Of a DNA stretch of 64,000 nt, positions 43,588 to 54,481 are shown piece after piece. Origin of the DNA: Ascidiella aspersa (Eukaryota); the NCBI GenBank assembly GCA_963924565.1, contig OZ004609.1:5208001-5272000 (forward strand). Reading direction: 5' to 3'. The translations under genes were made by a program, and so were the position numbers. The notes beneath the pieces were generated by a model. The model was not told where the DNA came from. It saw only the letters and a program-made list of their open reading frames with translations, and ran no database searches. Each line of letters begins with the position of its first letter. Position 1 is the stretch's first letter.

Positions 43588-43637
43588 CTAAAAAATATTC
43601 CACCGTGGTGGAGCAACTTACCTTATTCAAATAGAAT
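43588..43637 (-). ncRNA. Intact spliced-leader RNA gene
   Basis: Identical to 34769-34818. Confidence 0.9.
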
Positions 43638-44171
43638 ACTTTAAAATCGCGCGGCTAAGGCTTTATGCGAAGGCCAACTTTCAAAAACGCCAGTTTACTC
43701 AATATACGATTGTATGACTTCACCACCTATATAAGGGTGTCGCCAGAGAGGCGCTGGTAAGTATTCACCATGCTATGTGGTCACGTGGTACTTCGCGTTG
43801 TTCGAAATTTCTTGTCGCGCCCCGTTCGTTTCAACCGCGACATTTTTAACAAAAAATTAACGCTCAAAAAGCCAACTCAACATTGATCCCAATGCATATC
43901 GCGCGCTGTGCCACTTCAAAGGGCGGCCTACACGCAAGAGAGAAGCGCCCTACGGTAAGTTGGAGGAAGCGTCACCTGCGAAAGCCACGGGGGTCGGGCA
44001 GACTTGCAAAGGAGAGAGAGGAGCTGATTTTGGTTATGGGAGAGTGGGCCAGGGCTATACATGCATTTTCGCCATCTCTTAATTTGACAAAGGACGCGAT
44101 TACGCGATTTGGGGATTTTGCTACATGAATGCAATACAGTGGGGGTAGCTTGGCTAAGCGATTGATTGGTT

Positions 44172-44221
44172 CTAAAAAATATTCCACCGTGGTGGAGCAA
44201 CTTACCTTATTCAAATAGAAT
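44172..44221 (-). ncRNA. Intact spliced-leader RNA gene
   Basis: Identical to 34769-34818. Confidence 0.9.
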
Positions 44222-44755
44222 ACTTTAAAATCGCGCGGCTAAGGCTTTATGCGAAGGCCAACTTTCAAAAACGCCAGTTTACTCAATATACGATTGTATG
44301 ACTTCACCACCTATATAAGGGTGTCGCCAGAGAGGCGCTGGTAAGTATTCACCATGCTATGTGGTCACGTGGTACTTCGCGTTGTTCGAAATTTCTTGTC
44401 GCGCCCCGTTCGTTTCAACCGCGACATTTTTAACAAAAAATTAACGCTCAAAAAGCCAACTCAACATTGATCCCAATGCATATCGCGCGCTGTGGCACTT
44501 CAAAGGGCGGCCTACACGCAAGAGAGAAGCGCCCTACGGTAAGTTGGAGGAAGCGTCACCTGCGAAAGCCACGGGGGTCGGGCAGACTTGCAAAGGAGAG
44601 AGAGAAGCTGATTTTGGTTATGGGAGAGTGGGCCAGGGCTATACATGCATTTTCGCCATCTCTTAATTTGACAAAGGACGCGATTACGCGATTTGGGGAT
44701 TTTGCTACATGAATGCAATACAGTGGGGGTAGCTTGGATAAGCGATTGATTGGTT

Positions 44756-44805
44756 CTAAAAAATATTCCACCGTGGTGGAGCAACTTACCTTATTCAAAT
44801 AGAAT
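44756..44805 (-). ncRNA. Intact spliced-leader RNA gene
   Basis: Identical to 34769-34818. Confidence 0.9.
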
Positions 44806-45955
44806 ACTTTAAAATCGCGCGGCTAAGGCTTTATGCGAAGGCCAACTTTCAAAAACGCCAGTTTACTCAATATACGATTGTATGACTTCACCACCTATAT
44901 AAGGGTGTCGCCAGAGAGGCGCTGGTAAGTATTCACCATGCTATGTGGTCACGTGGTACTTCGCGTTGTTCGAAATTTCTTGTCGCGCCCCGTTCGTTTC
45001 AACCGCGACATTTTTAACAAAAAATTAACGCTCAAAAAGCCAACTCAACATTGATCCCAATGCATATCGCGCGCTGTGGCACTTCAAAGGGCGGCCTACA
45101 CACAAGAGAGAAGCGCCCTACGGTAAGTTGGAGGAAGCGTCACCTGCGAAAGCCACGGGGGTCGGGCAGACTTGCAAAGGAGAGAGAGAAGCTGATTTTG
45201 GTTATGGGAGAGTGGGCCAGGGCTATACATGCATTTTCGCCATCTCTTAATTTGACAAAGGACGCGATTACGCGATTTGGGGATTTTGCTACATGAATGC
45301 AATACAGTGGGGGTAGCTTGGATAAGCGATTGATTGGTTCTAAAAAATATTCCACCGTTTTTTTTTCTCTCTCTATGGGTTTATTTACATTAAACAAACG
45401 ATAAACAAAGGCAATATAACAAGAACGAAAAATAAGAAAAACCAAAACAAACGAAAGAATAATTTTTTATATAGTAGTTATGATAGAAATATGCTTCGAT
45501 TTTGGAGCCGGTATATATGCAGGCTATTTAATTGGGAGTCTTTTTTAAGGTAGTTTGGACTTCGCGCGGTTTTAATGTGCTGTGTTACTTGTTGGGGAAT
45601 TGGCTATTTTTGGAGATGGCATTTTATATTTTATACTAATAGCTAGGTTTTGGACTTATGTTTGTAATTGCGTTTTATATATATGTGTCGATGTTTCGCT
45701 CTTAGTTATAGGACTATGTTTTTAAGGGAATTTTATGTTTTTAAGGGAATTTTACACGGTTGGGTGATTTGCAGTGGTATGCAGGTTGAGTTCTTATATT
45801 TATATGGACAACCATTGTTTTATATGCTACTACATCACGGTTGGGTGGTTAGCGGTATGTACGTTGATATGTTATATGTATACTATCAGGTAATGCTTTA
45901 TGTGCCACTGCACTTTGAACTATTTTAGTTCAAGTTGTTGTGAAAAGTTGAGATT

Positions 45956-46027
45956 TTCGGCGGCGGGGTTTGAACCCGCGGTCTCAGGACTTGATACCCG
46001 GTGACTTAGCCACTCGGCTATTCAGTT
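45956..46027 (-). promoter_or_regulatory. tRNA-derived Pol III promoter in E7 3' UTR
   Basis: Same A and B boxes as E6. Confidence 0.75.
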
Positions 46028-47195
46028 ATTGTGAGGAGGCGGTGAAAAGAGCGTATACGAATGACTAGTTTTGAGTTAAGGGGCTGTTTAGGCTGGGCTA
46101 GCTGGAAGTCATCCGCGGTTTGCGGATAGACATTTGCGTAGGTTGCAAGGGGGGCGAAGAAAATAAAAGGCGAGGAAAACAAATGTTTTAATAAGTAATA
46201 TAACATAAGGAAATTAAATCTATCTCTTGCCAAACCGACAAGGGACGGCAAAACATTAAGTAATGGTTAGGTATTCATCCGCATTTGGCGGAGGCTTAAT
46301 ATGCGTATTAAAGCAATAAATGGCTTTTAATAAACAGGATAGGTACAAAAAGGCACAGAATATATATAAAAAAGCAATGTAGAATTAAGTCTGCCTCTTG
46401 CCTAACCGGCAAGGGGCGGCAAATGACTTTAGGAAATAAGTAAATAAGATATTTATTAAGTCACGTGGTTTAGCCTCATGTGCTTATTCACAAAGGAGGT
46501 TTAGGCAGTGAAATTTTTAGGCTAGGTTTTTGGATGGTTGTGTATATTAGTAAAGGGTTATGACTTATAGAGCGGTTTATGGTAAGAAGATTATGATAAG
46601 TATTATCCAGTAGAGACGGTGACGTCACATTGTTTATACACATTACAGTCACTAGGCAACAGCCAGCTGTGTTTTGTTATTGTTATTGTTTTGGTTATAT
46701 CAGCTGACCATTGCCTAGTGACGGCGGTTACATTTCAGGGAAAAAGAAGAACATAGGAAGTAAGCATGTGAAATAATAATAGCAGATGTAACAAAAAGAA
46801 AAGAGTATGGTTTAAAAGTTGTCAAATAATTTTTAAAAGTGGATTATTTCACCCAAGACTTATTTCTATGGATTATTATGTGGATCAAGAGTTTTAAGCA
46901 AAATTTAGAGGTATGTTAAATTAAAATTCATTGTTTTAACGAAATATACATTTGTTATATAATCACAAAGCAATTTAAAATATAGTTTTTAACAAGAAGA
47001 AAAAATTTTTTTGATAGGAATTGGGACAAAGGTCAAGTTTCGGACTCTCTGGTTATCGAGTAGAGGCTGATCATTAAGATACAGGTATTAATATATTATG
47101 GTTATTATTATTTTTTTGAAAATTTAGCAATTGCAGTGTTAATAGTAAATGAAGTAACAGTAGAAATAATTATTTAATCGACAAAGATATACATA

Positions 47196-50100
47196 TTAAA
47201 ATATTATAAGATTTTCGCTGCCGCTGTTAAGTTCCGAAGAAGTGTCAAGGTTGTAGAACTTGACCAGTCGCTCTGGTGACAAAATGCTCGCGAAGGATTT
47301 AAATTTGGTTCTGATTTTCCAGTATGTTTTATTGATAAATTTCGTTTGATCCCATATATAATCGTTTTCGAGATCTTGTTTTTGTTTTGCTTTAATTAGG
47401 GTAGTTTTAAAAATATTTGCTAGTTTTATTATAAAAGGGTGAGTGTTACCTTGGGCTGGGCAGTTGTATTGTAGAATGGACGTGGATAGTTCTTCAGTAC
47501 AGCCTCTGTCCTCGAGGATGAATGCCTCGAGTCTTCGGGCCAATTGTTTAACTACTGGACAATGCTCTATCATATGTGTTATGGTGTCTTCCTCATCTCT
47601 GCAAAGCTTGCAGTGCAGTTTGAATACCCTGCCCGTTTCGTTTTGGAAAATTTGGCGGTTCATTTTGAACTTACCCCAAAAATAGCCTTTTTGTGCTATC
47701 CGATAATTGATTTCCCGTTCCGAATTGGTGTGAAAATATTTAACGTTATTGTTCTTTAAGAGAATGGTATTCCAACTGCATTGCGAGTCCTGCAGAGGGA
47801 GGGTGGTTGGAATATATTTATTTTTAACTATTTCTTTATATAGATGCTTTTGTTTTGCTGTTTCCCAGTCAAAGCTGTTTGCAGTTTGGCTGTTGATGAT
47901 GTTATGATTATATATTTTGTTGATCCATTCTGGCCTTGTTTGTAAATTTTTTGGATAAGATTGGTTATATAATTTGGGGTTTATTGATTTAGCTTTGAAT
48001 CCAAGATGGTATCTGACCCATGAGTGCCAGAAGTCGGAGATGGTGTCCAAATTTTTATAATCTTTGAGCTGCTCGAGTTGAGCAGCTTCTATTTTAGCTC
48101 CGACATCTGGCACCCATAGGCCGCCTTCTTTTACCGGTGCGATTATTTTTTTCCTCGCTACGGGTTCCATGGAGAGTGGAAACCACAAAAAGCCAAAAAT
48201 GAGGGTTTGAAATTGTTTAATGTATTTTTGCCTCATCGTTAGAATTCTAGCTGTAAAGATAATTTGGGACATGATGAGGGCTTGTATCAAGTTTATTTTA
48301 CCAAAGACCGAAAGGTTTCTATATTTGTGAATTTGGATTATGTTTTTAATTTTATCAATTTTTTTTGGCCAGTTTAGCTTTTCGTGGTCTCCACTCTCCC
48401 CGTAGCAGATTCCCAGTATTTTACATTCGGTTTTTACATATTCTGGGTATACAGTGGTAACTCTATGTTTCAGGTCCTTGTTAAAAGCAATTATTTCCGT
48501 TTTTTCGACGTTGAGTTTTTGTCCGCTTATTGTTTCATATTGTTTCAAGTTTAATAGAATTTGATTAATCGATTCTACGTTGGTGGTAAAAAAAGTGCAG
48601 TCGTCTGCATACTGTTCCAGTTTGATTTCAGTTTTTCCAAATTTTGGTCCATTGATTTTAGGGTTGTTTTTTATTATGTGGGCTAGTACGTCGGCACTGG
48701 CTATAAAGAGTAGCATCGACAGGGAGCATCCCTGTCGTATGCCTCTTTTGATTTGAATTTCGTTGCCAAGTTTCCCGTTGATAAGTATTTGGCTGGTGAT
48801 ATTTTTGTATATGATTTTTATCCAGTTTATCAGGTAGTTGGGTGTGCCGTACTTCTCCAAGACCCTGATCGCGAAGCCAATGTCGACGCGGTCAAAGGCC
48901 TTGGAGAAGTCGGTGAGAACTAAAGCAAGCGGTTGTGTGTGTGATTTAGCATATTGTGATGCGGCTTTAATGTTATAGTGTATGTGTTGTATTGATCTGT
49001 TTTTTAGGCCGCATTTTTGATTTAGTGAGATTTTTTGATCTAGGTGTTGTGTAAGTCTGTTTGTGAGTGTTTTAGTGATAATTTTGTAATCTGTGTTGAG
49101 AAGAGAGATTGGTCTCCAGTTTTTTATTTGATTTTTATCTCCTTTTTTTGGTATTAATTTAACGACGGCCTTTCTCATGGACTTTGGCATTACATTTTGT
49201 AGGTAAATATTATTCACTAATTCTGTCAAGTCCAGTTTTAGTTGGGGCCAAAAGGTTATATAGAATTCTACCGGTAGGCCGTCGCAACCTGGAGACGAAC
49301 CTCTGTTCATTTTGTTTATTGCTTGCTTTAGTTCTCGGGTGGTTATAAATAGTTGAGTTTTTGATGTGGGGGATGTTCTAATTGTTTTCAGGATTTTCTT
49401 TTGTTTTTTACGTTTTACTGTGGGGTTTTGTCCCCACAGTTCGTCGTAAAAGGTGTGGATTATGGTTTCAATTTTTTGTGGGTTTGTTGTTGGGTTTTGA
49501 TTTATCGGGTCGGTTAATTTGTGGATGCCGGTGTTGGTATTTCGGGTTTTCTCTTTTAAATAGAATTGGGTATTAGGTATTTCGTCATTTTCAAAGTTTA
49601 TGATTTTGGCTCGTTTTTTGGCTCCTTCCAGGATATTGTTTTCGTAGTCTTTGATTTTTTGTTTTGTTTCTAGGTATGTTTTGTTTGTTTGTAATTGCTG
49701 AGGGTCTATTTTTTCCATTAATGATTTTAAAGTTTGGGCGTATACTCGTTGTTGTTTTTCTTGTTGTTTTTTAAAATTGATGGAGAATGTTTTGGATTTT
49801 TTCCGAATTGATGATTTAAGATCTTCCCACCAATTTGATATGTGATGGTAGTCACATTTTTTTGTTTGCCAATGCGCCAAATGTTCCCTTATTAAAGTTT
49901 TGTATTCCTCATTCTCCATCAATTGACAGTTCAATTTCCATATGCCTTTTCCCCATTTGGTCTGGGAGTTAAGTTTGATTTTAATAAAAGGGGATTGGGA
50001 ATGGTCCGAAAAGGCATATGGAAAGTGCCCTGCTTGGTTGATCCAGGATGACAGGCTCTTGGTGTGGTAGATCCTGTCAATCCTGGATGCGGCTTTCCGT

Positions 50101-50786
50101 GCTATATACGTGTATGTTTTTTTGTGGGGGTAGAATAGTCGAAAGGAGTCAACTAAATCAAGTTGACTCCTCTCGACTATCCACCTCCTGGTTGCGATGT
50201 TTTGCCGTTGCCTGGTTGCGGTGTTGTCCTTGGGGTATTCAGTAAAATTGAAATCACCAAGGACGATATGGTTATGACTATATTTATGGTTATGGCTATG
50301 TTTACGGTTATGGTTATGATTATGTTTATGGGGCTGCTTGATATCGTCTAGGACGGTGTCAAGCATCTCAAAGCGGGTTTTGACTTTTATTGAGCCTTCC
50401 CCAGACGGCAGATATAGATTATATATATTTATTTGTTCGTTTTCTTGTTTGTCGTCTGGGGACCATTCTATTGTTATTTGTTGGATTCTATCCGGGATGA
50501 TTATTTTATGTTTTATACTATGTTTATTTAATTTGTCGAGGAAGGAGCCGTTGACTAAAAAAGCCGTGCCGGCGAAATTTAGATTAGAGTTAGTAGTGTT
50601 AGGATAGAAGATTATATTATGTTTATTTAGGATTGCATTAAATTTGGTAATATTAAAGTTATGAGTTTCCTGTATACCCAGAATATGTATATTGTTTAGA
50701 TTTACAAATGATAGAACACTGTCCAGTTTCTTACTTAATGAATTTACGTTGACAGAGGCTATCCTGATTTCGCCATCCACGTCCAT
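47196..50786 (-). CDS. E7 ORF2: APE endonuclease-RT, 1196 aa
   Basis: Essentially identical to E6 ORF2 (KYGTP versus KYGIP). Confidence 0.97.
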   Translation of the reverse strand: MDVDGEIRIASVNVNSLSKKLDSVLSFVNLNNIHILGIQETHNFNITKFNAILNKHNIIFYPNTTNSNLNFAGTAFLVNGSFLDKLNKHSIKHKIIIPDRIQQITIEWSPDDKQENEQINIYNLYLPSGEGSIKVKTRFEMLDTVLDDIKQPHKHNHNHNRKHSHNHKYSHNHIVLGDFNFTEYPKDNTATRQRQNIATRRWIVERSQLDLVDSFRLFYPHKKTYTYIARKAASRIDRIYHTKSLSSWINQAGHFPYAFSDHSQSPFIKIKLNSQTKWGKGIWKLNCQLMENEEYKTLIREHLAHWQTKKCDYHHISNWWEDLKSSIRKKSKTFSINFKKQQEKQQRVYAQTLKSLMEKIDPQQLQTNKTYLETKQKIKDYENNILEGAKKRAKIINFENDEIPNTQFYLKEKTRNTNTGIHKLTDPINQNPTTNPQKIETIIHTFYDELWGQNPTVKRKKQKKILKTIRTSPTSKTQLFITTRELKQAINKMNRGSSPGCDGLPVEFYITFWPQLKLDLTELVNNIYLQNVMPKSMRKAVVKLIPKKGDKNQIKNWRPISLLNTDYKIITKTLTNRLTQHLDQKISLNQKCGLKNRSIQHIHYNIKAASQYAKSHTQPLALVLTDFSKAFDRVDIGFAIRVLEKYGTPNYLINWIKIIYKNITSQILINGKLGNEIQIKRGIRQGCSLSMLLFIASADVLAHIIKNNPKINGPKFGKTEIKLEQYADDCTFFTTNVESINQILLNLKQYETISGQKLNVEKTEIIAFNKDLKHRVTTVYPEYVKTECKILGICYGESGDHEKLNWPKKIDKIKNIIQIHKYRNLSVFGKINLIQALIMSQIIFTARILTMRQKYIKQFQTLIFGFLWFPLSMEPVARKKIIAPVKEGGLWVPDVGAKIEAAQLEQLKDYKNLDTISDFWHSWVRYHLGFKAKSINPKLYNQSYPKNLQTRPEWINKIYNHNIINSQTANSFDWETAKQKHLYKEIVKNKYIPTTLPLQDSQCSWNTILLKNNNVKYFHTNSEREINYRIAQKGYFWGKFKMNRQIFQNETGRVFKLHCKLCRDEEDTITHMIEHCPVVKQLARRLEAFILEDRGCTEELSTSILQYNCPAQGNTHPFIIKLANIFKTTLIKAKQKQDLENDYIWDQTKFINKTYWKIRTKFKSFASILSPERLVKFYNLDTSSELNSGSENLIIF

Positions 50787-50973
50787 TCCGTCCGGTGAGA
50801 GGGATCACTGTGGAGAAAATGAGTATGATGAGCGACTGGCCAAGGAGGAAGAATTATACATGAAATAAAAACTACGATTACGGTTATGATTATAATTACA
50901 GTTACGTTTACGATTATGATATGCTTTGTTATGGAATTGGTGTTCGTGTGAATGTGTGTGATGCCTAGCTTGG

Positions 50974-52302
50974 TCAGCATCCTTTCTTTTTCTTTCTGTT
51001 TTTTCTTTTTTGGCGTTGGGGTGGGGTTCCGTCGGTTGGGGTGTCGGTGGTGCTGAGTGTTCTTTTGTTACTGCTAGGGTCATGGCCTTCAGATTCAGTG
51101 CTTTCAGATTCGTCGGAGCTGGGAGCTTCTTGCTGGAATTTGGAGATTAGATTTGAAACTAGTGTTGGGCTTGGGATTATGATCCGCGGGGATTGGACAT
51201 CAGTGGACGACAGGGGGTGGTGGGTGGGGGTGTGATAGGTGGAGTTAACGGATTGATTTTGTATGATTGCATGGGAGGTTGAAGGGCGTTGGGGTCGGGG
51301 AGGTGGGGAGTTTTGGGCAGGGGGTGGAGGTGGGGGAGAGAGGGTGCTGCGGGAAGGGGACAGGTGATTGGGTTGCGAGGTGTGTAGCTGGTCTGGTTTG
51401 GGTTCATCAGGTTTGTTTGCTTGGTTGTGGTTGTTTTCGTTGTCGGAATTGCTGGATTGGTTTTCATCGATTACGAGGTTAGAGTTGTTGTTGTCGGATA
51501 GGTCAGAGGGTACGTCATCTTGCCTTAGGCTTTCAGAGGATTGGTTAGGATTTTTATTTGGTTTGTTTGCTGCATTTTGGTTTGTAATAGCTGGGAATTC
51601 TTCATTGTATTTTTCTTGGTTGGTGATTTCTTCTGGATTTTTGTTGGTTGTCGCAGAGGGTGATGTACCCTCTTGGCTTTTGTTTGGTTGGTTTGCGTTA
51701 TTTTTTTGTGGACACTGGTTAGACCAGTGTCCCCTTTGGCGGCAGAATCGGCAGTTCGGGCCGAATGATTCGCCTGGTTTTATCACCTGTATGCGGTTTT
51801 GAAAGATTGAAATTTCAGTTGGGATATTTGAGATTATTGGTTCTTCTAGGCTGAGGTTGACGTAACCGTTTCGGATTTCTGGGTGGTTTCTGTGAGATAA
51901 CCATTGGTGATTTTTATATTTTCCCCAGCTTAGCTTGCTGGGGAGGGCTTCTAATCGGTCGTCTGGTAGTTCAAATGGGACGGGGAAGAGGGTTATACGG
52001 TATAGGGGTTTGGAGGGGGTAAAGGATTGGAGGAGGATTTGGGTGCCGTCCACCTCAATCCTCTCCCCGCGGATGTATTTTTCGTGTAGTTGGTTTCTAA
52101 TGTGTTGTTGCTGGTTTTTGAAAGTAATTGTAAAGATTTTTTTTTCCCTGTTCAGAGTTCGAATGCCAATAATTGATGTTTTATAGTGGTGCAGTGGTTG
52201 ACGTTCTTGGATTAAATTGAAAAAGTTTTCTAGGGTGAATGGTCCGGTAGTCGAGACTTGAATGTTGATCGTATGATCCTGGCATAGCGTAGAGGTCGCC
52301 AT
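50974..52302 (-). CDS. E7 ORF1 (family C)
   Basis: Single CCHC knuckle; ATG at 52302. Confidence 0.92.
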   Translation of the reverse strand: MATSTLCQDHTINIQVSTTGPFTLENFFNLIQERQPLHHYKTSIIGIRTLNREKKIFTITFKNQQQHIRNQLHEKYIRGERIEVDGTQILLQSFTPSKPLYRITLFPVPFELPDDRLEALPSKLSWGKYKNHQWLSHRNHPEIRNGYVNLSLEEPIISNIPTEISIFQNRIQVIKPGESFGPNCRFCRQRGHWSNQCPQKNNANQPNKSQEGTSPSATTNKNPEEITNQEKYNEEFPAITNQNAANKPNKNPNQSSESLRQDDVPSDLSDNNNSNLVIDENQSSNSDNENNHNQANKPDEPKPDQLHTSQPNHLSPSRSTLSPPPPPPAQNSPPPRPQRPSTSHAIIQNQSVNSTYHTPTHHPLSSTDVQSPRIIIPSPTLVSNLISKFQQEAPSSDESESTESEGHDPSSNKRTLSTTDTPTDGTPPQRQKRKNRKKKKGC

Positions 52303-53064
52303 GCTGACCAAGCTAGGAGTGTATTTTATGTATATTTTGTTGTGATGTTGCGATTATTTTTTGGTGTTATATTCAATAAATACAAAAATGGGTTAATTTT
52401 CAAGGGTGTTTTTGTGTTTTACACGATTTGCATATAGTTTTACAGAGCACGAATAGGGTGTTGTTATTTAAATAAGTGTATAAATATTAAGAGTTATGAA
52501 TATATATAAATATATATATATATATTAGATTATATAAATCAATTTGAAGTTTTCTGATAGAAAATGGCGGACTTATGGTCCCACCAATAAGTTAAAGTTG
52601 TGAAAAAAATGGCGGCAAAGCAGAAACAAAATGGCGGCCGAACAGCGGCGTTAAATATAATTAAAGAACAAAGGACTAAGATAGAAGCCCCCTAAGCCCA
52701 CCGCTGGTGGGAGCCAACGGACCGCCGCCAGTCAAGCCGACGACGTCGGCAAGACTGACAGAGGTCCAAGGACTTTTGCCACCCACAAATGGGAAAAAAA
52801 GGCCGCTAGCTGTCTAATAACAATAACAGTAAGGCTGCTTCTACTTTTATACATAAAAGAAAAAACTGCACACTGCAACTGAAAACACAACTTAAGCACA
52901 ACCTGAAAACCAGGGCTGCTACAGCCACTAAATCTCCACAAACTATAATAAATAATTCTAAAAAAATTGGAAAAACTGGAAAAAATGGAAAACAGGAAAA
53001 AAAAGCAAAAAAGCAGCGGGCAGCGCGATTCCGTTTGAATTGGGTAGTTGCTAGGGTCCAACAC

Positions 53065-53641
53065 GTGGAGCAAATTACCTTATTCAAATAGAATACTTTA
53101 AAATCGCGCGGCTAAGGCTTTATGCGAAGGCCAACTTTCAAAAACGCCAGTTTACTCAATATACGATTGTATGACTTCACCACCTATATAAGGGTGTCGC
53201 CAGAGAGGCGCTGGTAAGTATTCACCATGCTATGTGGTCACGTGGTACTTCGCGTTGTTCGAAATTTCTTGTCGCGCCCCGTTCGTTTCAACCGCGACAT
53301 TTTTAACAAAAAATTAACGCTCAAAAAGCCAACTCAACATTGATCCCAATGCATATCGCGCGCTGTGGCACTTCAAAGGGCGGCCTACACGCAAGAGAGA
53401 AGCGCCCTACGGTAAGTTGGAGGAAGCGTCACCTGCGAAAGCCACGGGGGTCGGGCAGACTTGCAAAGGAGAGAGAGAAGCTGATTTTGGTTATGGGAGA
53501 GTGGGCCAGGGCTATACATGCATTTTCGCCATCTCTTAATTTGACAAAGGACGCGATTACGCGATTTGGGGATTTTGCTACATGAATGCAATACAGTGGG
53601 GGTAGCTTGGATAAGCGATTGATTGGTTCTAAAAAATATTC
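53065..53641 (-). repeat. SL RNA gene repeat unit (1 copy); SL exon 53079-53094 fused to E7
   Basis: 584-bp unit sequence; donor GTAATT. Confidence 0.95.
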
Positions 53642-54311
53642 TTTTTTTTTTTTTTTTTTTTTTTTATCTTTTTTATTGGTAAGAAAAGAAATGAAAATAC
53701 AGCGAAACAGGTTAAAAGTCCAACGTAAAGTGGAGAAACGAAAAGTAATAAAATGGCATTGCGCTAAACGACGATGGGACAGGGCGATACGATCATAGAT
53801 ACAGGCGAGAAATTGCGATTTTAGTAGGTAAGCGATAAGTTAACTAATTGAGCGATATTCCATGGTTATACAATGACTAGAACATGAACATATAAGATTT
53901 TCAATCGTTACGGTTGCGATACATAAGTGAATGTGAAGGTGTGTGTAGGCAGGTTTACTGCTCGAAAGGATGTGGATGGGATTGCGAATACATTTACAGT
54001 TGTAAAGGTAGTGTGTAGGTAGCGTTATTGCTACGCACGAGCACACACACACACACACGCGGAAGTGGGGACAGTTGTATTATTTTTTATGCGGGTTGCA
54101 TGGGAGTGAAGGTAGTATGTATATTGCGATGCTGCGCTCGAGCATACGCGGAAATACGAGAAGGGATATTGTTAATTTGCATTTTGATAATGCAGTCAGA
54201 GTGGTTCTGCTTAGGCCTTATTCATGGAGTATTGCAATTTGGGATAAGGCAATTTTTGTTTACTGTTGTTGCGAGATATGAGACTAATTTATTATTAACG
54301 GAGAATTTTGA

Positions 54312-54383
54312 GGTAGCTCAGGGGTTCGAACCCGTGCCCTTAGGATTGCAGAGCTGGCGCTTTAACCATTAAGCCAATCGGTC
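54312..54383 (-). promoter_or_regulatory. tRNA-derived Pol III promoter in E8 3' UTR
   Basis: A box TGGCTTAATGG; B box GGTTCGAACCC. Confidence 0.72.
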
Positions 54384-54481
54384 GGTTAGTCCGTGGTCAG
54401 TATTTTGCAATGTTATTTGTGCGAGGTAGTTGAGTGTGTTTCCTTATTGCTTATTATGCTTAGGGCTGTGATTTGATGTTA

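Larger units (their letters stand above)
43024..45357 (-). repeat. SL RNA gene tandem repeat, 4 x 584 bp
   Basis: SL exons at 43038, 43622, 44206 and 44790 (exact 584-bp period). Confidence 0.97.
45358..53064 (-). mobile_element. E7: full-length intact family C element with a variant 5' UTR
   Basis: Almost identical to E6 from the tail to the ORF1 start, then a divergent 5' UTR. Confidence 0.95.

Noticed and set aside
43024-45357. CRISPR-like or 5S/snRNA-linked repeat
   Set aside because: The units are identical 584-bp tandem copies with no unique spacers, and I recognised no 5S rRNA or U snRNA sequence in the unit
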